A stretch of 61,805 nt of DNA, counting the filler, from Sphacelaria rigidula (Eukaryota): NCBI GenBank assembly GCA_964200075.2. It is 8 parts of 8 records of this genome, joined end to end, with 100 filler letters (N's around TTAATTAATTAA, not from the genome) between each part and the next. Parts side by side here need not be neighbours in the genome. Positions count along the whole stretch, not along the records: positions 1 to 7,639 come from CAXNAA020013983.1; positions 7,740 to 15,377 come from CAXNAA020013984.1; 6 more parts are not named here. The stretch is one strand, 5' to 3'. The notes beneath the pieces are model-generated. The model did no database searches, had not been told where the DNA came from, and worked only from the letters and a program-made list of their open reading frames with translations. Positions 1 through 12,143 of this stretch are shown piece by piece. The position numbers and the translations under genes are program-made. Each line of letters opens with the position of its first letter. Positions within the stretch are counted from its first letter, which is position 1.

Positions 1-2258
1 CCTCCGGGTTCTCATCCTCAATCAAAAGCACCATCCTCAACATAGATGATTGGCTGTTTATACTGGGTGTTGAGAAACATTAACCAATTAATTTTATCGA
101 CGTTCTCCTTCAGGCTCGTGTAAAGAAAAAAACTGGAAAATAATTTGTTTTTCTTCAAATTTCGTGTAAGTTTCGTTCAGTGATCAGCTGAACGGTCTAG
201 ACAGACTACCGTATCCGACGGTCTGTACCAATAAGGTCCGCTCATGACTTGCAGAGGAGTGGAGCTATGGTGGCCGCGTGATATATTAGGTAACCACGGA
301 GAGGTTAATATCGGGTACAGCGGTGGTAAAATGTGCTTTTCTTTTCTCGGAGCATTTTGCTCGGAGTAGAAAGGGCTTTCACAAGTAGTATATATACCCA
401 GATTCCCCCTGATTTTCGTGTTCGGATCAATTCGATGAACTTATTTTTCTGTAGACTAATGTTCTGAGTAAATTGATATAAATATGTTTTCATCGTTACG
501 GTGCTGTACATTGTTTCATAATTCATGAAGATGAACATCATACACGATCATATTCCACGTGCAAACAAGCAGAGAGAAAAAACGAGAAGGAGGACAAGTA
601 ACAAAAAAACGTCAGGGGTCGCAGGAGGCATCCAAACTAGATAACAAGGTGCCAAATTACCAAATAAATAACCTTCCATATATATACACATATATACCCT
701 TATTACTGCGCCCTTGCCGGGTGCTCTACATGAAAAAACACAATCACCTGGAGAGGCGAACTCTGCCCTTGCGTACTACTGTACCTCCCCTTACGTACAA
801 CTGCAACACCTTACTGCCACAAATTACTGCGCTACCCCCTCGGAATGATAATCTGACTATTGAATTTCAAATTTGCCCTCACCACTGCTCTATCCTCAGA
901 GTGCTCTCGTCCCTGCACCCACGTCAACAACCACGAAAATCACCAGCGGTATTCATGATCGATCCATGGATTGGGTGTCTCACCCTGTCAGCTGATTGCA
1001 ACAATCCAGCTTAGGATCATGATGGGGTTTTGTGTGCTTTGAGGTCTGCAGGTTTGCCTTGTGCGTTGTGTGCTTGTGGGGGTGGGGGTGGGGCTGCCCG
1101 CCGTGGGCACATCAATAATTTGATTGCCGAACTTACACAGGGATCTCAAACGCTTTTCCGCACTGCCGGATGACAGTTTTGAAATCGGTCTAGAGGGTAA
1201 GGCAGGTATCCCGTACTGGTATTTCGGACATCTCATACCCTACCGATACCGACCCAATCGAGTATTTTCAAGTGTCATACCTACGATACCCACGATACCA
1301 CGGTATTTCAAGATACCAGTACCTACCGTACCTGTTCCTTTCGCGGTCAGTGAATACCACTAAGCGAACGGCGTTCACCTTTTCTGTTGCCACGGAATAG
1401 GCGTTCGTCTCATCTGGGGAACAACCCTTATGTATGGAGAGGTACAGATGGGCCAATCAGGTTTGGTTTAGCGATTCCTGCCCGCCGCGGGTTGGCGCCG
1501 AAGGCGCAAAGGCAAATGGTGTCTACCAGCAGTAAAACATCATGTTTCGACGTCAACGCCCTCGTCAACGCCCTCCGATGGATGACATATCTTCGTGTAT
1601 GTTTTTGTCGCTCGAAAAGGTGTGGTGGAAAACAAAATTGTCATCGCATATGTCCACCGCATTCTGTTCCTAGTTGGCATTAACGATTGTTTTATCATTA
1701 CGGCGTGCCTTCGCACATCATTTTTTTATGGGAAATGTACGGTGGAAAAGGAAAACTCTGATTTGATAAGCCGTGATTTCACCTATTTTGTATCAAATTA
1801 TTGTTTGCGCACATTTGTCTGATCTCTCGAACCCGTGGTCACATATATAGGCTCGTCCATCCAATACCGTTCCTGCTATTCAGCGGTCGTGGCTTATTTT
1901 GAAGCTGGTTCAGATTACGACCTATTTCATTGGAGTTCCTGTTTTCCACTGCACGTTTCGATCCAAATATGATATGCTAAGGCACAGCCTTAGTGGCGAG
2001 CGGAGAAGAAGTGAAAAACAGTAAAGCCAACCTTTTTCTAACAAAAATGCGGGGAGAAGGCACGAAGAGGCGCTGGACCCCTAGCTTACAGACTACCACG
2101 CCATATACCATCCGTCCACATGATCACGCAAACTAGTACACACCACTCATCGTTGGCTACGGTCGCAGCCCTGCAGCATTGAGCAGGAGTTGAGCAAAGG
2201 GATGGATGCACTGCAGTAGTTGCGTATGCTGTGTGTACATTTTGTCGGCGAAAACTTG

Positions 2259-3620
2259 CACACGTCGGACGAGTCATGACTCGTCGAAACGAGTGCACTC
2301 GTTAATGTTTCTTGAAAACACCACGAGTACGGCTCGTGTGTTCGAGTTATTCTTCTGTCTTCACCAAGACCGACGACTCGTGTACTGGAGTCACGATTTT
2401 TTCCACCACAAACAATTTCTCGAGTGCTAGACCTATGAATTTTCTCCGCCACAAGCAGTGACTCGAGCGCTCGCCCTTCTATTTTTTTCCACCACGGGCA
2501 ATGACTCGAGTACTCGTCCTATTAATTTCTGCCACTACGAGCAATGAATCGAGTATTCGCCTATATTTTTTTCACACGCCGGACGAGCACGAGTATGACT
2601 AGTGGCACTCACACTCGTTGGGCTGTTCGTTGGCGGTAAAAATTGATAAGGTGAGTACTCGAGTCATTGCTCGCTGTGAAAAAACAAAATAGGGCGAGCA
2701 CTCAAGTTATTGTTCACGATGAATGACTTGAGTGGAGGAGCCAGCAATCCGACGAGCAAATAATTGTAATGAGCCCTTCGACGATCTTGAACCTAGAATC
2801 TTTAAGTTAATATGCATGTCTGCGCATGTGCAAGCGTCAAGCTCCAAAGTTCGTTTTCAGTTCCAAGCACCCCCACACACATACTGATCAGAGTTTTACC
2901 AAAGCAGCGGCGAGTATCTCTCGAGTAGTACATTTACATTTTTTTCAGGGCGAGCACTCGAGTCATTGCTCGTTGGAAAAAAACTCGTGACTCGATCACA
3001 CGAGTCATTGCTCGTTGTGAAAAAACTGAATGACTTGAGCACACGAGTCATTGGTCGTCGTGAAAAAACTGAATAACCCGAGCACACGACTCATTGCTCG
3101 TTGTGAGAAAACCTGAAAGACTCGAGCACTCGAGTCATTGCTCGTTGTGAAAAAACTGAATGACTCGAGCACACGAGTCGTTGCTCGTTGTAAAAGGACT
3201 GAGTGACTCGAGCACATGAGTCATGCTCGTTGTGACAAAAACTGAAAGACTGGAGCACTCGAGTCATTGCTCGTTGTGAAAAAACTGAATGACTCGAGCA
3301 CACGAGTCGTTGCTTGTTGTAAAAAGAAGCGATGACTCGAGCACATGAGTCATGCTCGTTGTGCTTTGCAAAACGTCCACGAGTACAGTCGTCTCGACGA
3401 CTAATGACTAGTCCGACGTGTGAATTTTTTCACCACGAGCAATGATTCGCGTACTCGCCCTATTAATGTATTCCCACAACGACCAATGACTCGAGTACCC
3501 GCCCTCCTCATTTTTTTTCACCACGAGCAATGATTCTAGTACTCACCCTAATATTTTTCCCACCACGAGCAGCCCAACGAGTTCAAGCCACGATCCATAC
3601 TCGTGTTCGTCCGACGTGTG
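2259..3620. mobile_element. Non-autonomous TIR DNA element with CACAC termini and 8-bp TSD, carrying a nested inverted copy of its own family
   Basis: TIR CACACGTCGGACGA at 2259 and TCGTCCGACGTGTG ending 3620. Perfect flanking AAAACTTG at 2251-2258 and 3621-3628. Internal ~43-bp repeats. Confidence 0.9.
2573..3422. mobile_element. Inner copy of the same family in opposite orientation, with a 43-bp tandem array (~2950-3360)
   Basis: Starts CACACGCCGGACGAG and ends GTCCGACGTGTG. Its left end matches the reverse complement of the outer right end, and vice versa. Flanks ATTTTTTT / AATTTTTT. Unit AGTCATTGCTCGTTGTGAAAAAACTGAATGACTCGAGCACACG at 3003, 3046 and onward. Confidence 0.8.
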
Positions 3621-6385
3621 AAAACTTGACTATCTTCTCTCATCGTAGGGACGAGGGTTAGAACGGCGTGGTAAGGTGGCCAACCCCCTCGCGGATGCGG
3701 TCATGGACACAATGCATGTATAAAGCTGCACGTTGTCCGAGTCCTTTTCACGTCGCATTGTGGGCAGAGAAAACAGATGGGGCTGCCGTGGAGGTTCTGC
3801 ATGTTCCCCGCTTCTCTCTCACATCCTGCTGCACGAAACATGCAGACACGAACTCAATATACACTGCATTCAAACAGCGTAGACAATACAGACTGTCTGT
3901 ATTGTTCACAAACGGCCATATACCGCTTCACGAGTCACCGTCCTTTTCCGATTAAAAGCTTGATTATTCGCTTCGACCCAAATCGAGTTACAAGATCGAA
4001 TTTCGCTAAAATTACTTGCCATCGCTTTTTTTTATGGAAAAATGCTGCAAGACACTCACTCGGCACGTTATGCCGTCGGTGCGCGAACTGCCATGGACGC
4101 CTTCATCAAAGCGCGTTCTTGATGTCGAGACGGCCATCAAGTGCGTCGACCCTATGCTCGAACGCGGTGCGGAATTTACGAAATAGAATGATTTCAACGG
4201 TTTGGTGATTGCGGCGTTTTCTACATGTATTTTCTGTCGAAAACCCTAGTGAGAGCTCCTAACCCGTGTACAGTACTGCCATCGCATACCAAAGTACTCG
4301 TATCTTTTAATAGTGCTACGCGATCGGGCCACGTTTTTGTCGAAACAAGTGATATCGGAATGAAGTTGGGAGCTCACATGCATAAAGTAAAGACGACAAA
4401 CCTTGGGGGATGCAATCTACATTTCGTCCATCCAACTGCTGATAAAAGTCCCATGACACCAGCAGGGCGCGGCAGCAGTATTGTGCTACGATAGGAGTAG
4501 TTTTCTGTCGAACCGCGGGTTCGCATTCACATATGTTGTCTCGTCTTCGCCGTTTCTGTGCTATGGCATGAACACTACCTCTTGCCTCCGTACTTCAGCG
4601 TCCATCTCCCACACCAAATTATGTTCATGTCTGCCATTCCGGCGACAGAATGTCGTGGCCGGCGCACGTTGTGCGTGCACCGCTGTGATGCACACTGTAT
4701 CCGCGCCACACCTTCGGCGATGCACACGATACTCGCGCTATTTTTTCTCTCTCTATCTTCAATATTTCATTGCGCTCACCGTGTCCTTGCCGCGCCCGTC
4801 ACCTCCAACCCTTGACCCCCTGTGCAGGCGGCCTTCAGGCCAAGGGAATCGCTCGGAGCACATGGACGGAGGGTGCAGATACCTCGGCGGAGCTGTTGCA
4901 CCGCGGCATGCCCCGTCCTGTGGGTCGGGGATGGAGAGATTCCGTGGGCGGTACGTGAGGCTTTCGCCTGGCTGTGGGACAGGGGGTCGTGTGGATTTGC
5001 CAGGCGTCTACGGAAAGCCTCCACGCTGTCGGTGTGAAGGGTGTAACAACTCCGTGATAAATGGACGGAGGGGGGGGCGGGAAGTTAAAGCTCACTTTGG
5101 ATCCACGATAGTCTGCCCCGCCGGAAGTTGGGGTGACGGTTCCTACCCGCCTATCACGAAGAATGTTAAATCCTTTTGTGGTCGTGGCGAATTCTTTTCT
5201 CCACATGTCGACGCCAACGCGTTGTGGTGTTGGGGGCGGCAGCGATCCGTGAGAACGGCTGCTGTCGGGGTTTGCGGATGTGTTGCGCTCCATGCCGGAG
5301 TATGGAGTCGTGTGATGAATTCGGCGCATATCGCACAAAAGGTATCCCTGTTTGGCCCAATGAGTCGCGGACTTGGGCCGTGGGTTCTGGGTACGAGGCG
5401 CCTCGTATTGCGCGGTTCAGTTGTCCTCTGTGGCGCGGTGTTAGGTGGGCTGATTTGTTCTTGTCCTCCTTCTCGGCTTTCTTCGAATTATGTAGCCTTT
5501 CCTCTGTGTGTGTTGTTTGTTGTCGGTGTCTGTGATCGTCTATATAGTATCTCGGTCTCTTGCGGGCTGGGGGTGTGTGGTTTATATCTGTGGTAGTGAG
5601 GTCTACACATATGCTTTGCCTGTGATCGTTTGGGTTTTCGATCTTGTGTTTTGTTTCAACGTTTGCCATAGGACTTGGGTTTCGGTTCACGATGATACGC
5701 GGCGAAGCGACGGCGCAGAGACCGTTTTTTCAACGACGACGTTTTGCGTTGCCTCTGCTTGATCCTTGGAGGACCTGTGCGAATATTTCAGTAGCAGTCG
5801 TTCCACGGTCCGACCTTTTTCATTTGTGCACTTCTGGCATCCGACTGTTCCCGTACCGTGCTTTGCTGCGGCACGCACGCTGGGTCACGGTCTCTCCACC
5901 CGGCGGTTACTCCGCCGACGGGCGAGTGATCCTGGCGCGTGTTCAGATGTTTTCTTAGATCGGCTTCTGTGACCTAAAAAATGACGGGGGTTCAAGTGGT
6001 TGGCGAGCGTCCGTCTCGCCTTCGAAGCTCTCCACTCATCGACTGGCGACAACTGGATGCCTGGCGCCCGGTGGGCGACTCTCAGACGTGGACGATGCGG
6101 ATCATTTTCGGGTATGCATCGATGGGGCTCAGTGTGCCGGCTTGTTGCCGGCTGTGTATTATTCTAGTGTCGGTGCAATCCGGCGCCATATCACCACAAC
6201 CGTGGAAGGTACGTCTCATGAAAAATCCCCCGCCCCTCCCGGACGACTGAAGCAAGCAAAAAATACGGACGCCTCCCCCCCTCCCCGGCGAGGGGTCCCT
6301 CGCCGTAATTGGGAGACTTGCTTTCATCCTACATGGAGTGCGATAATCAATCGATCGAAAAATTACAAGGGTCGGATTAGTTAAC

Positions 6386-6480
6386 GATTCGTCTGGATGT
6401 TACTTGGTTTTAGTGCAATTGATTCGTACCGTACGAATCAATCCCAAGGCTTCTTTTTCAGCGTCGCAACCCAGGTACGC
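6386..6480 (+). repeat. Dispersed repeat with a 25-bp palindrome; other copies at ~15971-16075 and ~61300-61354 (minus)
   Basis: ATTGATTCGTAC-C-GTACGAATCAAT preceded by GATTCGTCTGGA..., found on three contigs. Confidence 0.75.
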
Positions 6481-6567
6481 GCTGTTCATGTGAACAGGTA
6501 CACTGAGTGAACATGCACACGTGCGGATAGATTGATGCGGACGTGCGGGTACTGGTAGTCGAGTGTG

Positions 6568-7639
6568 TGTGACTACAGTATCCCGCTCATGGCAGCTACC
6601 GAGCTGCCGCCATGAGCGCTCTCTCACAACATCTGATCCCTCAGTCATAGGGTCGACTCAGTCTAGGCACTCTCCAATAATACAAAAGATAAAACTATCC
6701 TTCGCCACGGGCCACGGAGTACACTGGTGTTACAACCGGTTGGGCATAATGGCACAAGAGGGTGATAAGCCTGCTACAGTTATCGGTGGGCAGGGTGTTA
6801 CAGAAGATTTGCGAGAGGTAGGTGGTCAGATGGGTTCCTTGGCTCAGCTCATCCGTGATATGCAGATAAGCCAAGCTACATTACAGAGTAACTTGGCTAA
6901 CATGAGGACAGTAAGAGAGGCTGGGGGTGCAGAAAACAACGGCGTCCTCGATAGTGAAGGTTCCCACTGAACGGGGGGAATTCAACATGAATAGGACAGC
7001 GGAACGGCGTGGCGCTGGAGTCCGACGGGAGCGACGGTACATCGGGAGCCGAGCTGTTCCAGAGGACGAAGCGCGCTACGACATGGACAACGAGGCCACC
7101 AGTGACGAAGCCAGGGGCTTTGTCCCCGCACGTGATTCACTCCAACTTAACGATACAAGTGGAAATGGGTGAGGGGTTGCCGTTTTTCGACATAACGTTC
7201 CAAAATTTTCAAGGAAGAGCGCTGATTATGCTCGGTAGAGGCACGAACTGGTCAACTTCGCAAGGGGCGAAGGAGTTGACTGGGTATTCACCATGGCCGG
7301 CAATAGTTCTTACGATGTAGATGTCGTCAATCCTGAGATAGCGATGAGGTATCTAGAGAACAGACATGGAAAGGACACAGTGACAGCCAACGTAAGGGCC
7401 AGACGAATGCTTGTAGCTAGTTTTGGAGGAAGGAGGAAGCAGAATATTTTGCTTAAAACCCATTCACCTGCTGCGGTTTGGAGAAAACTTGAGGATGTCT
7501 TTCGCCCCAAAACAAATGGGGCGAGAACCGCTTTGTTGGGAAAGTTTGATGGAATCAAGATCGGTGTTCGTGATGATCCAGAGCAGAAGCTGCTCGAGAT
7601 GAAGGAACTTGCACGTAACCTGAACTCGTACGAGGAGCA
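6568..7639 (+). mobile_element. 5' part of a decayed Ty1/Copia-like LTR retrotransposon: candidate LTR 6568-6734 plus gag fragment, cut by the contig end
   Basis: ORF 7293-7639 SPAAVWRKLEDVFRPKTNGARTALLGKFDGIKIG..DDPEQKLLEMKELARNL resembles Copia gag (UBN2-type). Candidate LTR has TGTGAC...GTTACA ends; this boundary is tentative. Confidence 0.6.
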
Positions 7640-7739
7640 NNNNNNNNNNNNNNNNNNNNNNNNNNNNNNNNNNNNNNNNNNNNTTAATTAATTAANNNNN
7701 NNNNNNNNNNNNNNNNNNNNNNNNNNNNNNNNNNNNNNN
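7640..7739. other. Artificial contig linker; identical linkers at 15378-15477, 23116-23215, 30854-30953, 38592-38691, 46330-46429 and 54068-54167
   Basis: 44 N + TTAATTAATTAA (stops in all six frames) + 44 N, recurring every 7738 nt exactly. Confidence 0.99.
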
Positions 7740-7808
7740 GATGCGAGGTCAATGGCCTTATGACTATAGCAGGCATGATCATGAGTACACCCCCTCCCCC
7801 TCCCCCCC
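7740..7808 (+). repeat. Short dispersed repeat ending in poly-C; also ~12313-12360, 12403-12470, 12687-12749, 47856-47919 and minus 46804-46873
   Basis: Consensus GGATGCGAGGTCAATGGTCTGATGACTATGGCATGCATGATCATGAGTACACCCCCCC. Confidence 0.85.
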
Positions 7809-7900
7809 GAGTTCCCTTGTTGTCTTGATTTTGGTTGCAATGCTCCTCTGCGTGTGGTGGTGTGTCTGCGTTAATGCCTCGTCTTTTTTTTTTCTTGCAG

Positions 7901-8085
7901 ATTATCCCCGCGGATCCCGCCAATCCCGACTCGCGGGAAGTCATTCAGGCGCAAGCCGGGCAGGTGTGGTTCCCGGACTCTGCCTACAAGACGGCCCAGG
8001 CGATCAACGACTTCAACAAAGGAGAGAACCTCCCGCTCATGATCTTCGCCAACTGGCGCGGATTTAGCGGCGGGACCCGCGACAT
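7901..8085 (+). CDS. ACC: Acetyl-CoA carboxylase (homomeric), carboxyltransferase domain, exon
   Basis: [13 protein letters not shown]...[21 protein letters not shown]...[13 protein letters not shown](M). Polypyrimidine-CAG acceptor, GTCAGT donor, phase 2. Confidence 0.96.
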
Positions 8086-8144
8086 GTCAGTGTTTTATTT
8101 AAAAAAATTCCAAGTGTGGTTTTGGCTCATGGGTACAGTGCATA

Positions 8145-8297
8145 CACACCCTGGACACTGATGATGCTTTTTTTTGTCCAAGAGTGTACTGCGTAGAGTA
8201 TCGACTATTGCGTTTGTCGCAATAGGCAGTGGAAGCAATACTGTACGCAGTGCACTTTTTGACAATGTAATGAGTTATTGTCATTATCCAGGGCGCA
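8145..8297. mobile_element. CACACCCTGGACA-family MITE in an ACC intron; another copy at 11179-11328
   Basis: TIR CACACCCTGGACA / TCCAGGGCGC. Internal AGTGTACTGCGTA.AGTATCGACTATTGCG is shared with 20595-20731. Confidence 0.7.
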
Positions 8298-9444
8298 GTA
8301 GAATGTGTGTGTGTGTATGTGTGCTTATTTAGGTGTATCTCACGTTTTTGAGAAAATGAATGCACCTGTAGACATTACTGCTCCCGCACTTGTTGACTTA
8401 CTCCACTCGTCTCCGAATCTAGGTCTCATTATTGGCCCACGTCGCCCTAGCATTTTTAACATGGATTTTTGAGAAGGTTGTTTTGTGCATTCGCGCATGG
8501 CATTGCATGCTAGGGCGACCTTCCTCTAAGTGTTGAAATAGCTGGCTTGCCTCAGTGTTCGGGTCTCGTCGGAACACAAGGGGACGTGGGTCACGATCAG
8601 ACGTCCGAAGTATCACACATACCTACTCACCTGAGCACGTCGGAGGGATACTTTCGGGTACAGGCACAGCGTTCGTAGACGCCGTCCCGTAGACTTGCGT
8701 GGTCATTAAAGACTGGTCGACATGCGTCCTCTCCTGCCCGGTGTTTCGCAGAGCAGTGTGGTACCTCGCTCCATACCGATAATGGAGCGGTCGTAGTACA
8801 ATAGATAAGGCGCAATCTTATCCTTTCCATGACTGGGTATGAGTGTGGTCCCGTGGAAGACCTTCTCCGCTGAAGCCATGTGGCACAGGCCGGCGATTTC
8901 TTACCCTTTCTTTTCATGTATTTATATATATTTTTTTCTGTCTCAGACTCCTCTGTTGTTCTGTTTCATCTTTTCATGTTTTTCTCCAGTAAGTGTCTCA
9001 GTTCTGTTCTTGTTTCGAGTACCTTTTTCGTGCGACAAGCAGTATCTTGACCAATCAAATCAATCAGATGAAGAGTCAATTACCCGCACGGAACGGAAAA
9101 CCCTGTATAGCAGGGTTTGTGAACCCTGACATCCTCCTCGCCCCCCGCCCCCACCCGTCGTGAACGAAGGCTTGACGGACTAATCCAAACGGTGATGGCT
9201 TTTCTCCATTTTGTCGTTTTTTCCACCTTGAAAAAGAACATTCTGAGGCTGCATCACGCACGTGGTTTAATTGTCATGGGGATGATGGTGTGGCATTTGT
9301 TTTCGTCGGTACATATTTTACGTTTTCATCACCCTCGCCTAGTGGTGTGTGTTGAGTGTCCCGTTGCCGTCTCGGATAGTCGCTGCCTCGGAAGAACTGG
9401 AGCTTGCCCCCGCTGATGTCAGACTTTGGTCTGTGCGCACACAG

Positions 9445-9586
9445 GTACGGCGAGATTCTGAAGTTCGGCGCGATGATCGTCGATGCTCTGGTGGACTACA
9501 AGCACCCCGTGTTTGTGTACATCCCGCCGAACGGGGAGCTGCGCGGCGGGGCCTGGGTGGTTATCGATCCCACCATCAACGAGGAG
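9445..9586 (+). CDS. ACC: Acetyl-CoA carboxylase exon
   Basis: (M)[52 protein letters not shown] borders; phase matches the previous exon. Confidence 0.96.
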
Positions 9587-10160
9587 GTCTGTGATATCTC
9601 ACTGTCTGAGGTCGACCTTCGAGTTGGTGTCCTGTCTTGACATGTAAATGTTGGCTGTGTCTTGGATGAAACGGCGCTTGATGTCATCGGGCATACGGTA
9701 GGCAAGACAGTGGAACAGTACCTGGTGACGGTACTTTTGGGGTGGTGGTGTACAACATACCGTATACATAACAGTACTGTCTATTTATGAATATCGTGAG
9801 GAACGCTTGACCCATGTCAAATTTTGTTTATTCATTGTCACTGCCACAGTATCATGTGGTTGAATATTGTACATATCCCGCCTGCGCTTGACCCCATTCC
9901 AAAGGCGGTGTGTTGGAGAGCGGAGTAGACGCGAAGTATTTCTCGTTTGCTGAAACACTAAAATGATTTCAGACTGCTTGAAATAGTGAGATGGGTATAT
10001 CCTTGTTTGGAAAAGCACCACACTGTACGATTTATATTGTCCACTGATGCAAAAAACAAAAATAATGTCCTAGGTGAAAGCATGGGTCCATTGCAACTGA
10101 TGTAGCAACCGATAATACTTGTAATATATACAACAAACAGCAGGTCGAGTAGAGTATACA

Positions 10161-10313
10161 CAATTGCGGGGGGTATTGTGAAAGTCGTACTCGAGGCACA
10201 CAAAAGGGGGTTGCGTTTTAGGGGTCGTTTCCCAGTTATTTTTTGGACATGACTCCCAACACTCTACCCTAAGTTGAGTACTGGAGTACGAGTTATAAAA
10301 TACCCCGCAATTG
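10161..10313. mobile_element. 153-bp MITE in an ACC intron
   Basis: TIR CAATTGCGGGG / CCCCGCAATTG with subterminal TCGTACTC / GAGTACGA. Flanks AGTATACA / AGTATTGT. Confidence 0.7.
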
Positions 10314-10467
10314 AGTATTGTTCACCCTATTCGACCTGCCCTTGAATATATACCTTTACTTTGCTTAGTACTTCCCTTGTCTATTGTATGTATTGACCAT
10401 ATATTGTCATCATATCCAGAGTGTGACAAGCATCCACTCACCTCCTTACCCCCTCGGGCCCGATCAG

Positions 10468-10575
10468 GTTATGGAGATGTATGCAGACGTGGAATCTCGG
10501 GGTGGCATTCTGGAACCTCCTGGCATCTGCGAAGTGAAATTCAGGGTGGCGGACCAAATGTCCAAGATGCACGCG
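10468..10575 (+). CDS. ACC: Acetyl-CoA carboxylase exon
   Basis: VMEMYADVESRGGILEPPGICEVKFRVADQMSKMHA; 108 nt, CAG / GTGAGT borders. Confidence 0.95.
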
Positions 10576-11028
10576 GTGAGTTGCGATGCCGCCTGTGTAG
10601 TGAGGGTAGTATTTTACCAGTAACTGTACTTTCGCACTCTGGGGTTGTGTCTGGTCGCAAGGAAGCCATTAGGTCGGACTGGATGATGGCTCAATTACGA
10701 ATTGTTTACTGAGTTTTTTCTGCCTTGATGACATGAAGAATAGCTGAGATTGACATATGCTCCATGGTGTTTGTCGGAGAGAAATAGTGTGGCGGGGAAA
10801 ATATTGAAGCACTGCACGCTCTCGTGTATAACTGTGTTGCTTTGTTTTTGACGTTGTCTCTCTGTACACGATCTGGTTGCGTATTTTTGAGCTCCTCTCC
10901 TTGTTTTTAGCTTGGTAAAACACATGGTTAAACCGTTTACAGTTCATCCCTGGTGTGAAATGCTCTACGGGATATCTTCGTGGTTGACTTCGCGTCCGAT
11001 TTTTATTTTCATGTTTATGTGTGTGTAG

Positions 11029-11151
11029 CTCGACCCAGTGCTCGTGGGCCTTGATGCGGAAATGGCCGTGGCGGCTAGCGAGGAGGATGCTGCGGGGCTG
11101 AAGAAGCAGATCAAAGCTCGCGAGGACGCCTTGCTGCCCATGTACTTGCAG
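11029..11151 (+). CDS. ACC: Acetyl-CoA carboxylase exon
   Basis: LDPVLVGLDAEM...LKKQIKAREDALLPMYLQ; 123 nt, TAG / GTACGA borders. Confidence 0.93.
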
Positions 11152-11327
11152 GTACGACCGAAAAAAGGAGAAACACACCACACCCCGGATGGTGACGATG
11201 CGGTAGATGACATCGTCAAAAAGTGTACTGTTTACGGTATCAAATGTTTTGTCTAGTGCATGGACGCAATAGTCGATACTGTACGCAGTACACTTTTTTG
11301 ACCACGTAGTCTTCAGTCCAGGGTGTT

Positions 11328-11372
<45 letters not shown>

Positions 11373-11528
11373 TTTCGGTGTGGATGTGTGCATGTTAAGG
11401 TTTTCCTCGCGTTTTATGTCAAACCTATCTGTCGATAAGTACGGTACGTACATTGTGATACACTTCCTACTTTTCGAATGTATCTAGTGATGAATCTCAT
11501 ACCAAACCCTATGTTTGGCTCACATGTA

Positions 11529-12143
11529 CGAGCTGGGCCAGTTGACAGTGATTTTGCATATGTATCCGCGCCGGGCGGTGGGTAATCTGAAGCGTTGGGC
11601 GCTGAAATTTTGACACAACATTTTCATACTCACGACGCACAACCTCCCCAGGGATGCCGATGCCAAGAATAGAACGAAGAAGAAAAAGGGAAAGTAGGAG
11701 CGAATCGAAGTCTCTTCGAAAGCTAGAAATATGGTATATTTCCGTGAAAACCAAGAAAATACCAGGGCATCCCTGGGGTAGTTTATGCGTCCTCGTATGG
11801 ATGAGAGCCTGGTACAAATTTCGGTCAAAAGTCCCAGAAGTTTGTCGCAGCTTCCAAGTTTCGTGTGGCACAGCTGCGCTCCTTCAATCCAAGTGATGCG
11901 ATTGACTTCGGTTATGGAGGTTCGAATCCCGACCGATTCCTTTTTTTTTGTCCCTTCGGTTAGGTGATACACTATGCAGTACGTTTTTTTTCACTTTTTT
12001 TTCTTCATTCAGCGGCGGTGCGGTGCGTCACCACCTTGGTCTGCAGGTCACACCGATATATTAATTAAAGTCATGCATATTTGATGAACTTGGTCAGTCA
12101 CGCTGTGACGCACAAATGCGGGATTTACTCCTGGCCCAGCTCG
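11529..12143. mobile_element. Tc1/mariner-type MITE (615 bp) in an ACC intron
   Basis: TIR CGAGCTGGGCCAG / CTGGCCCAGCTCG with TA on both sides. Colinear with the copy at 16483-17081. Confidence 0.88.

Noticed and set aside
4230-4512. 12-bp direct repeat TTTTCTGTCGAA as a TSD
   Set aside because: A similar word recurs internally (~4335) and the enclosed DNA shows no element hallmarks.
4481-5596. Longest ORF (371 aa)
   Set aside because: No recognisable domain, Cys/Arg/Gly-rich composition typical of non-coding frames, and a non-ATG start.
7684-7695. TTAATTAATTAA as a biological motif, and ORFs ending in LIN/N across N runs
   Set aside because: Synthetic linker sequence.
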